From Candidatus Deferrimicrobiaceae bacterium (GTDB lineage Bacteria; Desulfobacterota; Deferrimicrobia; Deferrimicrobiales; Deferrimicrobiaceae): a stretch of DNA of 62,503 nt. A program made the translations under genes and the position numbers. The stretch covers positions 1 to 62,503 of the forward strand of contig DATEXR010000017.1 in NCBI GenBank assembly GCA_035256765.1. The letters are read 5' to 3'. Shown piece after piece: positions 7,379 through 15,883 of the stretch (positions are counted from its first letter, which is position 1; the number at the start of each line of letters is the position of its first letter). The notes under the pieces are model-generated. The model searched no databases. It saw only the letters and a program-made list of their open reading frames with translations, and was not told the origin of the DNA.

Positions 7379-9499
7379 CTACCACTCCACGATTTCCACA
7401 CCGATTTCTTTCGCCAGGTCTCTCGTGGCGGAGTGCACTTTCCCCCGGACGAGGACCACCTCACGGGCCTTCCTCCCCGCCAGCCATTCGCGAGAGGTGA
7501 AAAACGTCCCCGTCGCGCGCACCTCGAAGCCCTTTCCCTCTCCCCCGGCAAGGAGGTATTCCTTCCTCTCCTCGACGGGGATCTTGGCGACGGCGAGGAG
7601 TCCCTGAAGAATCGACCTGCCGGTCTCGCCCTTCCCCGCGACGAAGACACCGTACCCCGAGTTCTGGATGATCGTGCGGAGGGCGGGGGACATTTTCCCG
7701 GTGTCCACCACGAATCGCTTCCCTCCCGCCTCGAAGATCCTCTCCGGCTGGATGGTCAGGAGGAAGGAATCCCCTCCCCCGCCGATACGGATCCGTTTTC
7801 CTTCCGTCTTCGGAATGCCCAGCAGATCGAGGGAGAAATCCAGCGCCTCGAGACCTTCCTGCGGCAGGGAATTCCGGGGGGCTTCCTCTCCCGCCTTCTT
7901 TGCCGGCTCCCACCCGGCGAGAAACCCTTCGTTCGCGGAGGGGTCGAACGAGAACGGCAGCACCCGGATCCCGACCCGATCGGCATACCGAAGAACCGCG
8001 GTGAGCTCGGAGGCGGGCTTCTCCGGAACCTTCTTGATGAGGATGATCTCGCCGTTGAGCAGGCTCTGGCTCGTCCGCAGGACCACCCACCGGGCGGGCA
8101 GGGTTACCGACACCGATTCCCCGATGACCGGTGGATGAGCAATCCCTTCCTTGACGGAGTAGTATCCGGAGGCGCCGAGCAGGCGGTCCACCATCTCCTC
8201 CGCGCCGGAAGCCCCGTCCATCCGTACCACGCGGTAATTCTTCCACGTCTCCGTGATCAGGCGGCGAACCTCCGCCGGCAGGGCGCCCCGGAAGTCGATC
8301 AGCGCATGGATTCCCCCGGAAAAACGCACGACGGGGTACTCCTCGAGATTGAGCACGACCTCCCCTCCCGACGGGATCGGAAGGTAGAGCGTCCCGCGGT
8401 CGACCCACTTTTCCCCCAGTCCCCTCGTCAGGTCCGCCAGCAGTCCGCGGTAAGGCGGCTTCGGCTGGGGAAGCGGAGGAGGCGCCGGCTCCTTCGCCTT
8501 TGGTCCGATCACCACGGCGGGCGTTTCCGGAGCGGGGGACGCTTGCACCGCGACCCGGGACTCCGGCTTCGCCGCCTGCAGCGCTTCCCCCCCGGGTTCC
8601 GGCGCCACCTCCCGCGTCAGCGCTACCGCGGGGGCCGGCCTCTCCCGGGAGACCGGCGGTGCGGGGGCGGGTTCCGCCACCCGGGACTCCGGTTTCACCG
8701 CCGGCTGTGCCTCCGGCTGCGGGCCGACCTCCTGCGTCAGCGCCAGGGCGGATGCCGCGGGGGCGGGGATCTCCTCGACGGCCGGCGGTGCGGGGGAGGG
8801 TTCCGCCACCCGGGACTTAGGTTGCGCCGCCGGTTGTTCCTCCGGCTCCGGCGCAAGGTCCTGTCTCTGCGCAACCGCGGACGCCGCGGGCGCGGGGGTC
8901 TCCTCGACTGCCGGCGGTGCGGGGGAGGGAACTTCCGGCGCCTTCTCGGCGACGGCCACCGGCTTCTTCTCGAAATACTCCCCGGTGGGAAGCAGGATGG
9001 TCTTCCCGGCCATGATCATGTTCACGTCGCGAATGGAATCGTTCAGTTCCTTCACGGCGGCCAGATACCGGGAGAGGTCCCCCCTTTGGACTCCCCGTGC
9101 GGCCGATATTCCCGAGAGGGAATCCCCCCGCCGGATCTGGTAAGCGACCGTTTTCCCGGTTTCCACCAGGCGGGCGGTCTTCATGCCGAGGGCGGCCGGG
9201 ATGAGGATCCTCTGGCCGGGGACGAGCTTCCCGGGATCCTTCACATCCGGGTTGGCCCGCAGGAACTCGCGGAGCAGGGAGGGATAGTCCGCCGGGAAGA
9301 GCGGGGACTTTTCGCTCAAGATCTTCCAGAGCGTATCCCCTTTCGAGATCGTGTGCACCTCGTAGAAGGTCTTCCGCCCCATCGAGGTCTCCTCGAAGAT
9401 CTTCTTCTCGAGATAGATCCTCGGGCGCTCGGCCTCCTCGCCCCGTGAACCGGAGGCCAAAAGGAGAACCGCCAGAACCACCGGTGCGTACCGGATCAT
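7379..9499 (-). CDS. LysM-domain protein with proline-rich repeat linker
   Basis: Start at MIRYAPVVLAVLLLASG (signal-like). This ATG overlaps the stop of the upstream gene (ATGA). Two LysM-like modules (HTISKGDTLWKILSEK...ILIP and YQIRRGDSLSGISAAR...ILLP). Pro/Ala-rich repeats and a large C-terminal domain. Confidence 0.8.
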   Translation of the reverse strand: MIRYAPVVLAVLLLASGSRGEEAERPRIYLEKKIFEETSMGRKTFYEVHTISKGDTLWKILSEKSPLFPADYPSLLREFLRANPDVKDPGKLVPGQRILIPAALGMKTARLVETGKTVAYQIRRGDSLSGISAARGVQRGDLSRYLAAVKELNDSIRDVNMIMAGKTILLPTGEYFEKKPVAVAEKAPEVPSPAPPAVEETPAPAASAVAQRQDLAPEPEEQPAAQPKSRVAEPSPAPPAVEEIPAPAASALALTQEVGPQPEAQPAVKPESRVAEPAPAPPVSRERPAPAVALTREVAPEPGGEALQAAKPESRVAVQASPAPETPAVVIGPKAKEPAPPPLPQPKPPYRGLLADLTRGLGEKWVDRGTLYLPIPSGGEVVLNLEEYPVVRFSGGIHALIDFRGALPAEVRRLITETWKNYRVVRMDGASGAEEMVDRLLGASGYYSVKEGIAHPPVIGESVSVTLPARWVVLRTSQSLLNGEIILIKKVPEKPASELTAVLRYADRVGIRVLPFSFDPSANEGFLAGWEPAKKAGEEAPRNSLPQEGLEALDFSLDLLGIPKTEGKRIRIGGGGDSFLLTIQPERIFEAGGKRFVVDTGKMSPALRTIIQNSGYGVFVAGKGETGRSILQGLLAVAKIPVEERKEYLLAGGEGKGFEVRATGTFFTSREWLAGRKAREVVLVRGKVHSATRDLAKEIGVEIVEW
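8524..8935. repeat. about 3.2 tandem copies of a 129-bp (43-codon) repeat inside the LysM gene
   Basis: CCGGCGGTGCGGGGG(C/A)GGG recurs at 8653, 8782 and 8911, and GGTTCCGCCACCCGGGACT at 8670 and 8799. It encodes the PAPPAVEE(I/T)PAPAASA...PESRVAE units. Confidence 0.8.
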
Positions 9500-10254
9500 C
9501 AGTACCCCTCCCCCGTGAAGGTGTTCACTCCGGCGTGGACACCGATGGTCTTGTACATTTTCGGGCCCTCCCACGGCTCGTCCAGGATCCCGTCGTGGAT
9601 CGCCCAACTTCTTCCCCGCAACGTCTTCTCCTGGCCGGGCATCCGGAACGGCGAGCTCCCGTCGAGCCGGCCGAACAGAACGCCGCCCGGGCGAAATTCC
9701 CGGTCGATCCCTTTCATCTTCTCACTCCCGTTCATGTACTGGAAGCCGCTCCTTTCGTAGAGAATCGCGCTGTTATAGGTCAGGGGCTCCAGAAAATAGA
9801 AGTTGTGCCCGAGACGGCCGAAAAGATTCTCCCAACACGCGACGATGTCCGTCATTGCCCGGAGGCCCCTCCGGACCTGCCCGGGGCCCAGCCCGGCCTT
9901 CATCGCCCGGATCTCCTCCGGGACGTTCCGGCGGGTCGTCCCGAAATAGGTGTCCCGCCCGGCTTCGTCCACGTCGATGTCGAACCGCTCGCCGTCGGGG
10001 TCGTTCACGATGACAAAAGAGATCTCCATCTGCCCGTAGGGCGAGTTGGAGACATCGAGGAAATACGCTGCGTCCCGGTCTTCCGGGTCGCGCCACAGGT
10101 CCACCTGGAAGAACGGCATCCGTTCGGGGCACACGAACCGGACGCATCGCACCCCCCTGTCGTTCCGGAACGTCTCCGGCTCGATCGAGAACCTGTCCAG
10201 CAGGCGGCGCGGAACCAGGACGGAGAGGAGCGCTTCGCGCTCCTTTTCCGGCAT
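9499..10254 (-). CDS. conserved hypothetical protein (possible GNAT-like C-terminal half)
   Basis: Real part of ORF 9499..11463, starting at MPEKEREALLSVL (ATG 10252-10254). YFLEPLTYNSAILYERSGFQY resembles an acetyltransferase motif A region. Translationally coupled to the LysM gene. Confidence 0.5.
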   Translation of the reverse strand: MPEKEREALLSVLVPRRLLDRFSIEPETFRNDRGVRCVRFVCPERMPFFQVDLWRDPEDRDAAYFLDVSNSPYGQMEISFVIVNDPDGERFDIDVDEAGRDTYFGTTRRNVPEEIRAMKAGLGPGQVRRGLRAMTDIVACWENLFGRLGHNFYFLEPLTYNSAILYERSGFQYMNGSEKMKGIDREFRPGGVLFGRLDGSSPFRMPGQEKTLRGRSWAIHDGILDEPWEGPKMYKTIGVHAGVNTFTGEGY

Positions 10255-10292
10255 GCTGTTGATTTCGTAAATCGAGGTGGGCAACGGGACCG

Positions 10293-12086
10293 CTAATCTT
10301 TCTCGTACAGGGCGTCGAGCAGACTCCCGTACTTCTTGATGACCACCTTGCGCTTCACTTTGAGCGTGGGGGTGAGCTCCCCCGTTTCCTGGGAAAAGTC
10401 GGTGCCGAGCAGGACGAACTTCTTCACCTGCTCGAACGAGGCCAGCTGGCGGTTGATCTCGTCGACGCGCCCGCGCATCATCGCCTCCACCTTGGGGTTC
10501 TTGGCGAGAAGGACGGGGTCCTTCTCCTGGATGCCGTTCTGCTCCGACCACTTCCCGATTTCCTCCGCCGAGAGGGTGAGGAGGGCGGTCAGGTACTTTC
10601 GCCGGTCGCCGTAGACGAAGGCCTGGCTGACGAACTTGTCGTTCTTGAGCAGGTTCTCCACGTTCTGGGGGGCGACGTTCTTGCCGCCCGAGGTCACGAT
10701 GATGTCCTTTTTCCGGTCCGTGATCCGGAGGAATCCCTCGGAATCCAGCTCCCCGATGTCGCCGGTGTGCAGCCACCCTTCCGGGTCGATCGCCTCCCTC
10801 GTCGCCTCCGGGTCGCGAAAGTACTCCTTGCACACGTGGGGACCCCGCACGAGGATCTCCCCGTCGGGGGCGATCCGGATCTCGGTGCCCGGCAGCGCCT
10901 TCCCCACCGTTCCGAACTTGTAATTCTCGTACCGGTTGACCGCCGTGACGGTGGAGTCCTCCGTGAGCCCATACCCCTCGAGGATCAGGACGCCGAGGGC
11001 GTGCAGAAACTCGGCGATCTCCGGGGAGAGCGGCGCCCCCCCGGATATGGCGAACCGGAACCTGCCGCCCATTCGCTCCCGGATCTTCCGGAAGACGAGT
11101 TTCTCCGCGACGGAAAGCTTGAGGGCGAGGAATCCTTCGACCGGTTCCTTCCTCTGGCGGCGTCGGGACGCCTCGCGCCCCACGCCGAGCGCCCAGTGAA
11201 AGATCGCCTGTTTCAGCCCTCCGTCCTCCTCCACCTTGGCCAGTACCCGGGCATAGAATTTCTCGTACAGCCGGGGTACGCTCACCATGATCTCGGGCCG
11301 GACGAGCGCCAGATCCTCCCCGACCGTCTGGATATCCCGCGCAAATGCGGAAACCGCCATGGCGTCGAAGGTGAGGAAATGCTCGAGCCTCCCGAGCGAA
11401 TGCGCCAGGGGGAGGAACTGGAGGAACAGCTCTCCCCTCCGGACCGTGACGGCCTCGAGGCACGACGTGACGATGAAGACGTAGTTGCTGTGCAGGGTCA
11501 CCACCCCCTTCGGCGGACCGGTGGTGCCGGAAGTGTAGATGAGGGTCAGGTCGCCCTCGGGGGTGATCTCCTCCGTACGTCGGGCAAAGGCCTCCGGGTT
11601 GGCCGAAGCGAATTCGATCCCTCTCGCCCGAAGGGCCGGGAGGTCGATCGTCCCCTCCCGCCCCTCCGGACTCCCGGAGAACAGGATCACCTTGGACAGC
11701 GCGGGGAGGTTCCTGCGGACGCCTGCGACCTTGTTCCTCTGCATCTCATCCTCGACGAACACCGCGCGGGCCTGCGAGTGCGCGAGGATATACTCGACCT
11801 GGTCGGGGAGGTTGGAGGGGTAGATCGGAACCGGGACGAACCCGGCGATGATGGTGGCGATGTCGGCCAGACACCACTCGACGCGCGTGGTGGAGAGAAT
11901 CGCCACCTTGTCCCCCCGGGAGAGGGACAGGGACATCAGACCGTTCGCTATCTCCCGGACGGCGGTTCCGACTTCCCGGTACGTCATCGGATCCCACTTC
12001 CCGTTCCGGGGGACGAGATAGCGGACGGAATCGCCCCCCTCCTCGATCCTGTTCAGGAACATCCGGTTCATCGTTTTCTCTCTCAT
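10293..12086 (-). CDS. fadD: long-chain fatty-acid--CoA ligase (AMP-forming)
   Basis: 597 aa. AMP-binding signature IYTSGTTGPPKGV, plus GYGLTE and TGDIGELD motifs. Confidence 0.9.
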   Translation of the reverse strand: MREKTMNRMFLNRIEEGGDSVRYLVPRNGKWDPMTYREVGTAVREIANGLMSLSLSRGDKVAILSTTRVEWCLADIATIIAGFVPVPIYPSNLPDQVEYILAHSQARAVFVEDEMQRNKVAGVRRNLPALSKVILFSGSPEGREGTIDLPALRARGIEFASANPEAFARRTEEITPEGDLTLIYTSGTTGPPKGVVTLHSNYVFIVTSCLEAVTVRRGELFLQFLPLAHSLGRLEHFLTFDAMAVSAFARDIQTVGEDLALVRPEIMVSVPRLYEKFYARVLAKVEEDGGLKQAIFHWALGVGREASRRRQRKEPVEGFLALKLSVAEKLVFRKIRERMGGRFRFAISGGAPLSPEIAEFLHALGVLILEGYGLTEDSTVTAVNRYENYKFGTVGKALPGTEIRIAPDGEILVRGPHVCKEYFRDPEATREAIDPEGWLHTGDIGELDSEGFLRITDRKKDIIVTSGGKNVAPQNVENLLKNDKFVSQAFVYGDRRKYLTALLTLSAEEIGKWSEQNGIQEKDPVLLAKNPKVEAMMRGRVDEINRQLASFEQVKKFVLLGTDFSQETGELTPTLKVKRKVVIKKYGSLLDALYEKD

Positions 12087-12482
12087 GTCCTCCCCCGCGC
12101 ATCCGGCTTCCTATTGCAGCATCTCGTAAATGGCTTGACGGTCCGATCCGCCGCCGGGATCGCCCGGGACAGGCGGCCTTCCCGCGCACAGGGCGCTGCG
12201 GAACCGGCAGCGGGCGGGCGCAAGGTCCCGATCGTTTGCCAACGCAGCCCCCCGGCATCCAGAGGTCCGTTCCGGAAGAGGCCGTGCACCGAGAGGGTCG
12301 ATGCGCCCCGACCGGCGAGGCGCCCGGCCGAGGCGTACCCGCCGCGGTACGGTGAGGGCGGGCAACGAAGCCGGCGGGGATGCAGCGGCCCTCGAATGCC
12401 GGGATCTCCCGGGAATGGATCTCCGGAGGCCGGCGAGCCCGTGCGACGGACTCGTTGCTCCCTGGTTTGCCAAGACGCAACA

Positions 12483-14153
12483 CTATCGGAAAAACGGAAG
12501 AACATCGTCGAACGTCACCATCCCCCGCCGCAACAGGTCCTCCACCGAGGGGAAGGCGGACCGGAGATTTTCCTCGACAATACGCGTCAGCCTCTCCTCG
12601 AAGGGCGCGTCGGAAAGAAGAAGGCTCTGGACGCCGGGGGTGAACGGAAGCATATCGAACAGGGCCATTTTCCCGAAATATCCGGTCCCGTGGCAGCGGG
12701 AGCACCCGCCCTGAACGTAGAAGGAGATCTCCCGGATGATCGGTTCGAACTTTTCCCGATACCGCTCCCCCACGAGCTGCCCCGACGGCACGGCGGTCAC
12801 CGCCCGGCGGCAATCGGGGCAAAGGAGATCGACGAGCCTCTGGTGCATGACCAGCCGCACGATCCGCACGAGGAGGAACGGATCGACTTCCAGGGAGAGC
12901 AGGGTCCGGAGCGCCCGGCGGAGATTGCTCCCCTGCGTTCCGCAGTACACGGGCACCCCACTCCGGGCGATCTGGATGAGATCGAGAAGTTCTTCCGTTC
13001 CGGAGATGCGCTCGATCATCAGCGCGTCGGGATCGAGCGTCTCCGCGAGGCGCACCCACTTTCCCTCGAACCGCCGTTCGACCTCCTGGCGCTCCAGCTG
13101 GACGTACCCGTCGTTCCGGTAACGGTGGGTCTCCTCGACGGTGACGACCCGGTTGCCCGCCCGGTGCGTTTCCCGGAGCATCGCGAAGATCGTCGTCGCC
13201 ACGCCCTCGACCCCGGGGGAGGAGACCAGGTAGATCCCGCCCCGCATCGGCAGGATGCGCCGCATCACCTCCCGTTGTTCCGGGTTGAACCCGATCGAGT
13301 CCAGCGCGATGGCCGACCGGAAATCCGGGAGAACCTTGACGATCGCCTCGACGCCGGAGATGCCCCGAAGAAAACTGATCCGGAACGCATGGACACCGGC
13401 CGTCGTCTCGATCTGGAAGGTGGCCTCCACCACGGATTCCGGCCCCGCGGAAAGTCCCGCCAGCTGCGCGAAGGAGCCCACGAGCGCCCCCCGGAAGCGA
13501 AGCGGGCAGGAGAGCAATAGCGATTTCCTCCCCCCGGAGTCCCCGGAGACGGCCACGCTCCCCCCGGTCGGAAATATCCGGAGGGAGGAGATCCCGGCGG
13601 TCACGGCATGAAGAAGGATTTTTTCCGCCAGCCGCCGGCCACGCCCCTGGGCAAGCCACTCCTCCACCTCGTCCCGTCTCATCACCCCGCCGGAGACATC
13701 CTCGGCCGAGAGCGAAAGCGCATCGGGGTAGAAGCGTTCGAGAATGCGCGCGATCCTGCGAACCGGGCAGACGACGATCCTAACCTTAAGGCCCGTCATC
13801 TCCTCGATCCTGGAGAACGTTCCGTGAAGGAACGGGTCGGCGACAGCGAGAGTGAGCTGCCCGTCCTCCCGGGAGACGGGCACTGCCATGGCTTCGCGGG
13901 CAATCGCCTCGGGAAGGAGCTCGGAGAGCGAAAGAGGCACGCCGTCCGGATCGACCTCGAGAAACGGGATCCCCAACCGGTTCGCCAGAATCCATCCCTT
14001 TGCGTCGGGGTGAAGCATGCCGGAAAGGAGCGCCGCCTCCACTGCCGGGACACCCTTTCGGGCGCCTTTCGCCTTCAGCTTTTTGACGGACTCGGAGGAC
14101 AGATAGCCGAGTTTCTGAAGCGTATCGAAGATTTCGCTGTGGGAACCACGCAC
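12483..14153 (-). CDS. GspE/PilB-family secretion-ATPase homologue with degenerate nucleotide-binding motifs
   Basis: 556 aa. N-terminal T2SSE_N-like domain and C-terminal tetracysteine CPDC...CSRCHGTGY. The Walker A position reads SSPGVEGVATT (no GxxGxGKT), the Walker B/Asp box region reads DPDALMIERISG, and the His box reads SGVPVYCGTQGSN. Confidence 0.8.
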   Translation of the reverse strand: MRGSHSEIFDTLQKLGYLSSESVKKLKAKGARKGVPAVEAALLSGMLHPDAKGWILANRLGIPFLEVDPDGVPLSLSELLPEAIAREAMAVPVSREDGQLTLAVADPFLHGTFSRIEEMTGLKVRIVVCPVRRIARILERFYPDALSLSAEDVSGGVMRRDEVEEWLAQGRGRRLAEKILLHAVTAGISSLRIFPTGGSVAVSGDSGGRKSLLLSCPLRFRGALVGSFAQLAGLSAGPESVVEATFQIETTAGVHAFRISFLRGISGVEAIVKVLPDFRSAIALDSIGFNPEQREVMRRILPMRGGIYLVSSPGVEGVATTIFAMLRETHRAGNRVVTVEETHRYRNDGYVQLERQEVERRFEGKWVRLAETLDPDALMIERISGTEELLDLIQIARSGVPVYCGTQGSNLRRALRTLLSLEVDPFLLVRIVRLVMHQRLVDLLCPDCRRAVTAVPSGQLVGERYREKFEPIIREISFYVQGGCSRCHGTGYFGKMALFDMLPFTPGVQSLLLSDAPFEERLTRIVEENLRSAFPSVEDLLRRGMVTFDDVLPFFR

Positions 14154-14239
14154 GTTGGCCCGCCTTTTCGCAACCCGTCCCAGAACTGCGGGGAGACCGG
14201 TTTATTTAGAACTTTATAAAAAAGGGGGGGGAAAGTAAA

Positions 14240-15205
14240 ATGATTCATATTTCGCCCCAACGACAATTTCCGGGGGATCAAGGATTGCGAACAAGGGGAT
14301 TTCGCAAGGTCGTCCCCGTCCTGGCGCTCGCGTTGGGGACAGGGGGGTGTCTCGTCACCGCCTCCACGTACGAAGCGAAGACGAGGGAGGCCGACACACT
14401 CCGGGAGGCGGTCGCATTCGCCAACAAGGAGAAGGGCACCATCGAGGCGAGGCTTCTGGCGTCCGAGAAGCAGATTTCCGACGCGAAAGAGGAAAACGCG
14501 GTCCTTTCCAACCGGTTGCAGAAGGGGGAAGAGGAACTCCGCACCGGGAAGGAGGAGCGCGCCTCGATCGTGGGGAAATACGAGGGAACGCGAATCACCC
14601 GGGAGGAGCTGATCTCGGAACTGCTGGAAAAGGAGAAGGCGACCGGGAAAAGGACCCAGGAACTGAGGGCAAGCGTGCAGGCGTGCGAAGCGGAACGGGA
14701 AAAATTCCGCCAGGAGGCCGCCACCCGGGAAACGGCCATTTCCGAACTGGAAAAACAGGTCCAGGAAACCCCCGACGTGGAATCCCTCCGGCGGGAGCGG
14801 GACATCCTGCTCGGCCGCGTCGAACGCATGAAGGAAGAGCGTCTCAGGGAGGCAAGACGGCGGGATGTGCGGTTCGCGGAACTCACGCAGACGTTCTCCG
14901 GCATTTCTCCCCAAATTGCGGTGGAGACGATCGGCCCCACCATGCGCATCCAGGTGAGCGACAAGGTTCTTTTCCGGAAGGGAAAGTCGGCATTGACGGA
15001 AGCCGGGAAGAAAATGATCGAAGAGGTGGGGAAGACGGCGTCGGAATTTCCCGCGGCGTCGATCATCATCACGGCGGGGGGGAAATCGCAGGCCGGCGGG
15101 ATCCTCTCCGCCCTGACAAAGGGACATGCACTGCCGCCGGGACAGGTTCTCGCCAGGGCGGGAACCGGAGGCGGGGCAATCGAACTGTTGCTGGTCATCC
15201 CCTGA
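14240..15205 (+). CDS. coiled-coil lipoprotein with degenerate OmpA-like C-terminal domain
   Basis: LALALGTGGC lipobox, about 200 aa of heptad-rich Glu/Lys/Arg sequence, then IQVSDKVLFRKGKSALTEAGKKMIEEV (OmpA_C-like) without the usual GHTD/N..LS..RA residues. Confidence 0.6.
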   Translation: MIHISPQRQFPGDQGLRTRGFRKVVPVLALALGTGGCLVTASTYEAKTREADTLREAVAFANKEKGTIEARLLASEKQISDAKEENAVLSNRLQKGEEELRTGKEERASIVGKYEGTRITREELISELLEKEKATGKRTQELRASVQACEAEREKFRQEAATRETAISELEKQVQETPDVESLRRERDILLGRVERMKEERLREARRRDVRFAELTQTFSGISPQIAVETIGPTMRIQVSDKVLFRKGKSALTEAGKKMIEEVGKTASEFPAASIIITAGGKSQAGGILSALTKGHALPPGQVLARAGTGGGAIELLLVIP

Positions 15206-15277
15206 TCCGGCCCCCCGTCGGGCGCCCGGGATCGGGTGACCGGTCCACAAACTTTCCGCGAGGAGGATCCGAAAAGG

Positions 15278-15883
15278 ATGGATGTCTTCAACACCATGAA
15301 GGGTCGGCAGAGCATACGGAAGTTCCACAAGGATCCGGTCCCGCGGGAGAAAATTCTCCAGATGGTCGAGGCGGCCACCTGGGCGCCCTCCGCGGGGAAC
15401 ACCCAGAACGTCCGGTTCCTCGTCGTGGAGGACGCCGCCCTTCTCTCCCGGATGAAGGGGATCGTGGACGAAATGCTGTCCCGGATCACGGGGAAGGAGG
15501 TCCCTTCCGCCAAGATCAACTACCACAACCTCTTCGCCGCGGCCCCCGTCGCGGTCTGCGTCCTCGGAAAACCGTACGAATCGGCGACGGACCGGCACCT
15601 GCGGGAGAAAGACCCGGAGAGGCACAAGGTGCGGCGCTATCAGGTGAACGCCGGCCTGCAAAGCGTCGCCGCGGCCATCACCCAGTTTCTCCTGGCGGCG
15701 CATTCCCTCGGATACGGCGCATGCTGGATGACCGGGCCCCTCGTGGCCAAACCGGAGCTCGAATCCGCCCTTTCCATCCGGCCTCCCGAGGAACTTCTGG
15801 CGGTGATCGCCCTGGGGAAGCCGGACTCCCCCCCCCCGAAGCCGCCGCGGAAACCTCCCGAGGAGATCACGGAGTTCCGGTAA
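15278..15883 (+). CDS. nitroreductase-family protein
   Basis: Start at MDVFNTMKGRQSIRKFHKDPVP (AGGAGG upstream). Also APSAGNTQNVRF and GYGACWMTGP. Confidence 0.85.
   Translation: MDVFNTMKGRQSIRKFHKDPVPREKILQMVEAATWAPSAGNTQNVRFLVVEDAALLSRMKGIVDEMLSRITGKEVPSAKINYHNLFAAAPVAVCVLGKPYESATDRHLREKDPERHKVRRYQVNAGLQSVAAAITQFLLAAHSLGYGACWMTGPLVAKPELESALSIRPPEELLAVIALGKPDSPPPKPPRKPPEEITEFR

Noticed and set aside
9499-11463. Long N-terminal extensions in the same frame as real genes (654 aa here). The same pattern occurs in 21219..23168, 51991..53985, 17830..19827, 37717..39723, 27433..29676 and 29271..30575.
   Set aside because: The upstream portions overlap other confirmed genes in another frame and are Arg/Gly/Pro-rich. 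Internal ATG, GTG or TTG codons with GGAGG-type RBS or stop-start overlaps give proteins of canonical length.
12087-12482. I checked this gap for RNase P RNA, tmRNA and SRP RNA.
   Set aside because: I found no GAGGAAAGUCCGGGC or ACAGAACCCGGCUUA (RNase P). I found no tRNA-like GGUUCGA...CCACCA end or tag ORF (tmRNA). I found no GGUCCGGAAGGAAGCAGCC-like SRP motif on either strand.
10767-13520. A 917-aa plus-strand ORF. The same applies to the similar giants 29000..31723(+), 7433..9448(+), 35218..37419(+), 54470..56314(+) and 27523..29517(+).
   Set aside because: All are antisense to well-supported genes (fadD/GspE-like, mreBCD, LysM, hppA, the clpA-like gene and PBP2) and have low-complexity Arg/Gly/Pro/Asp composition.
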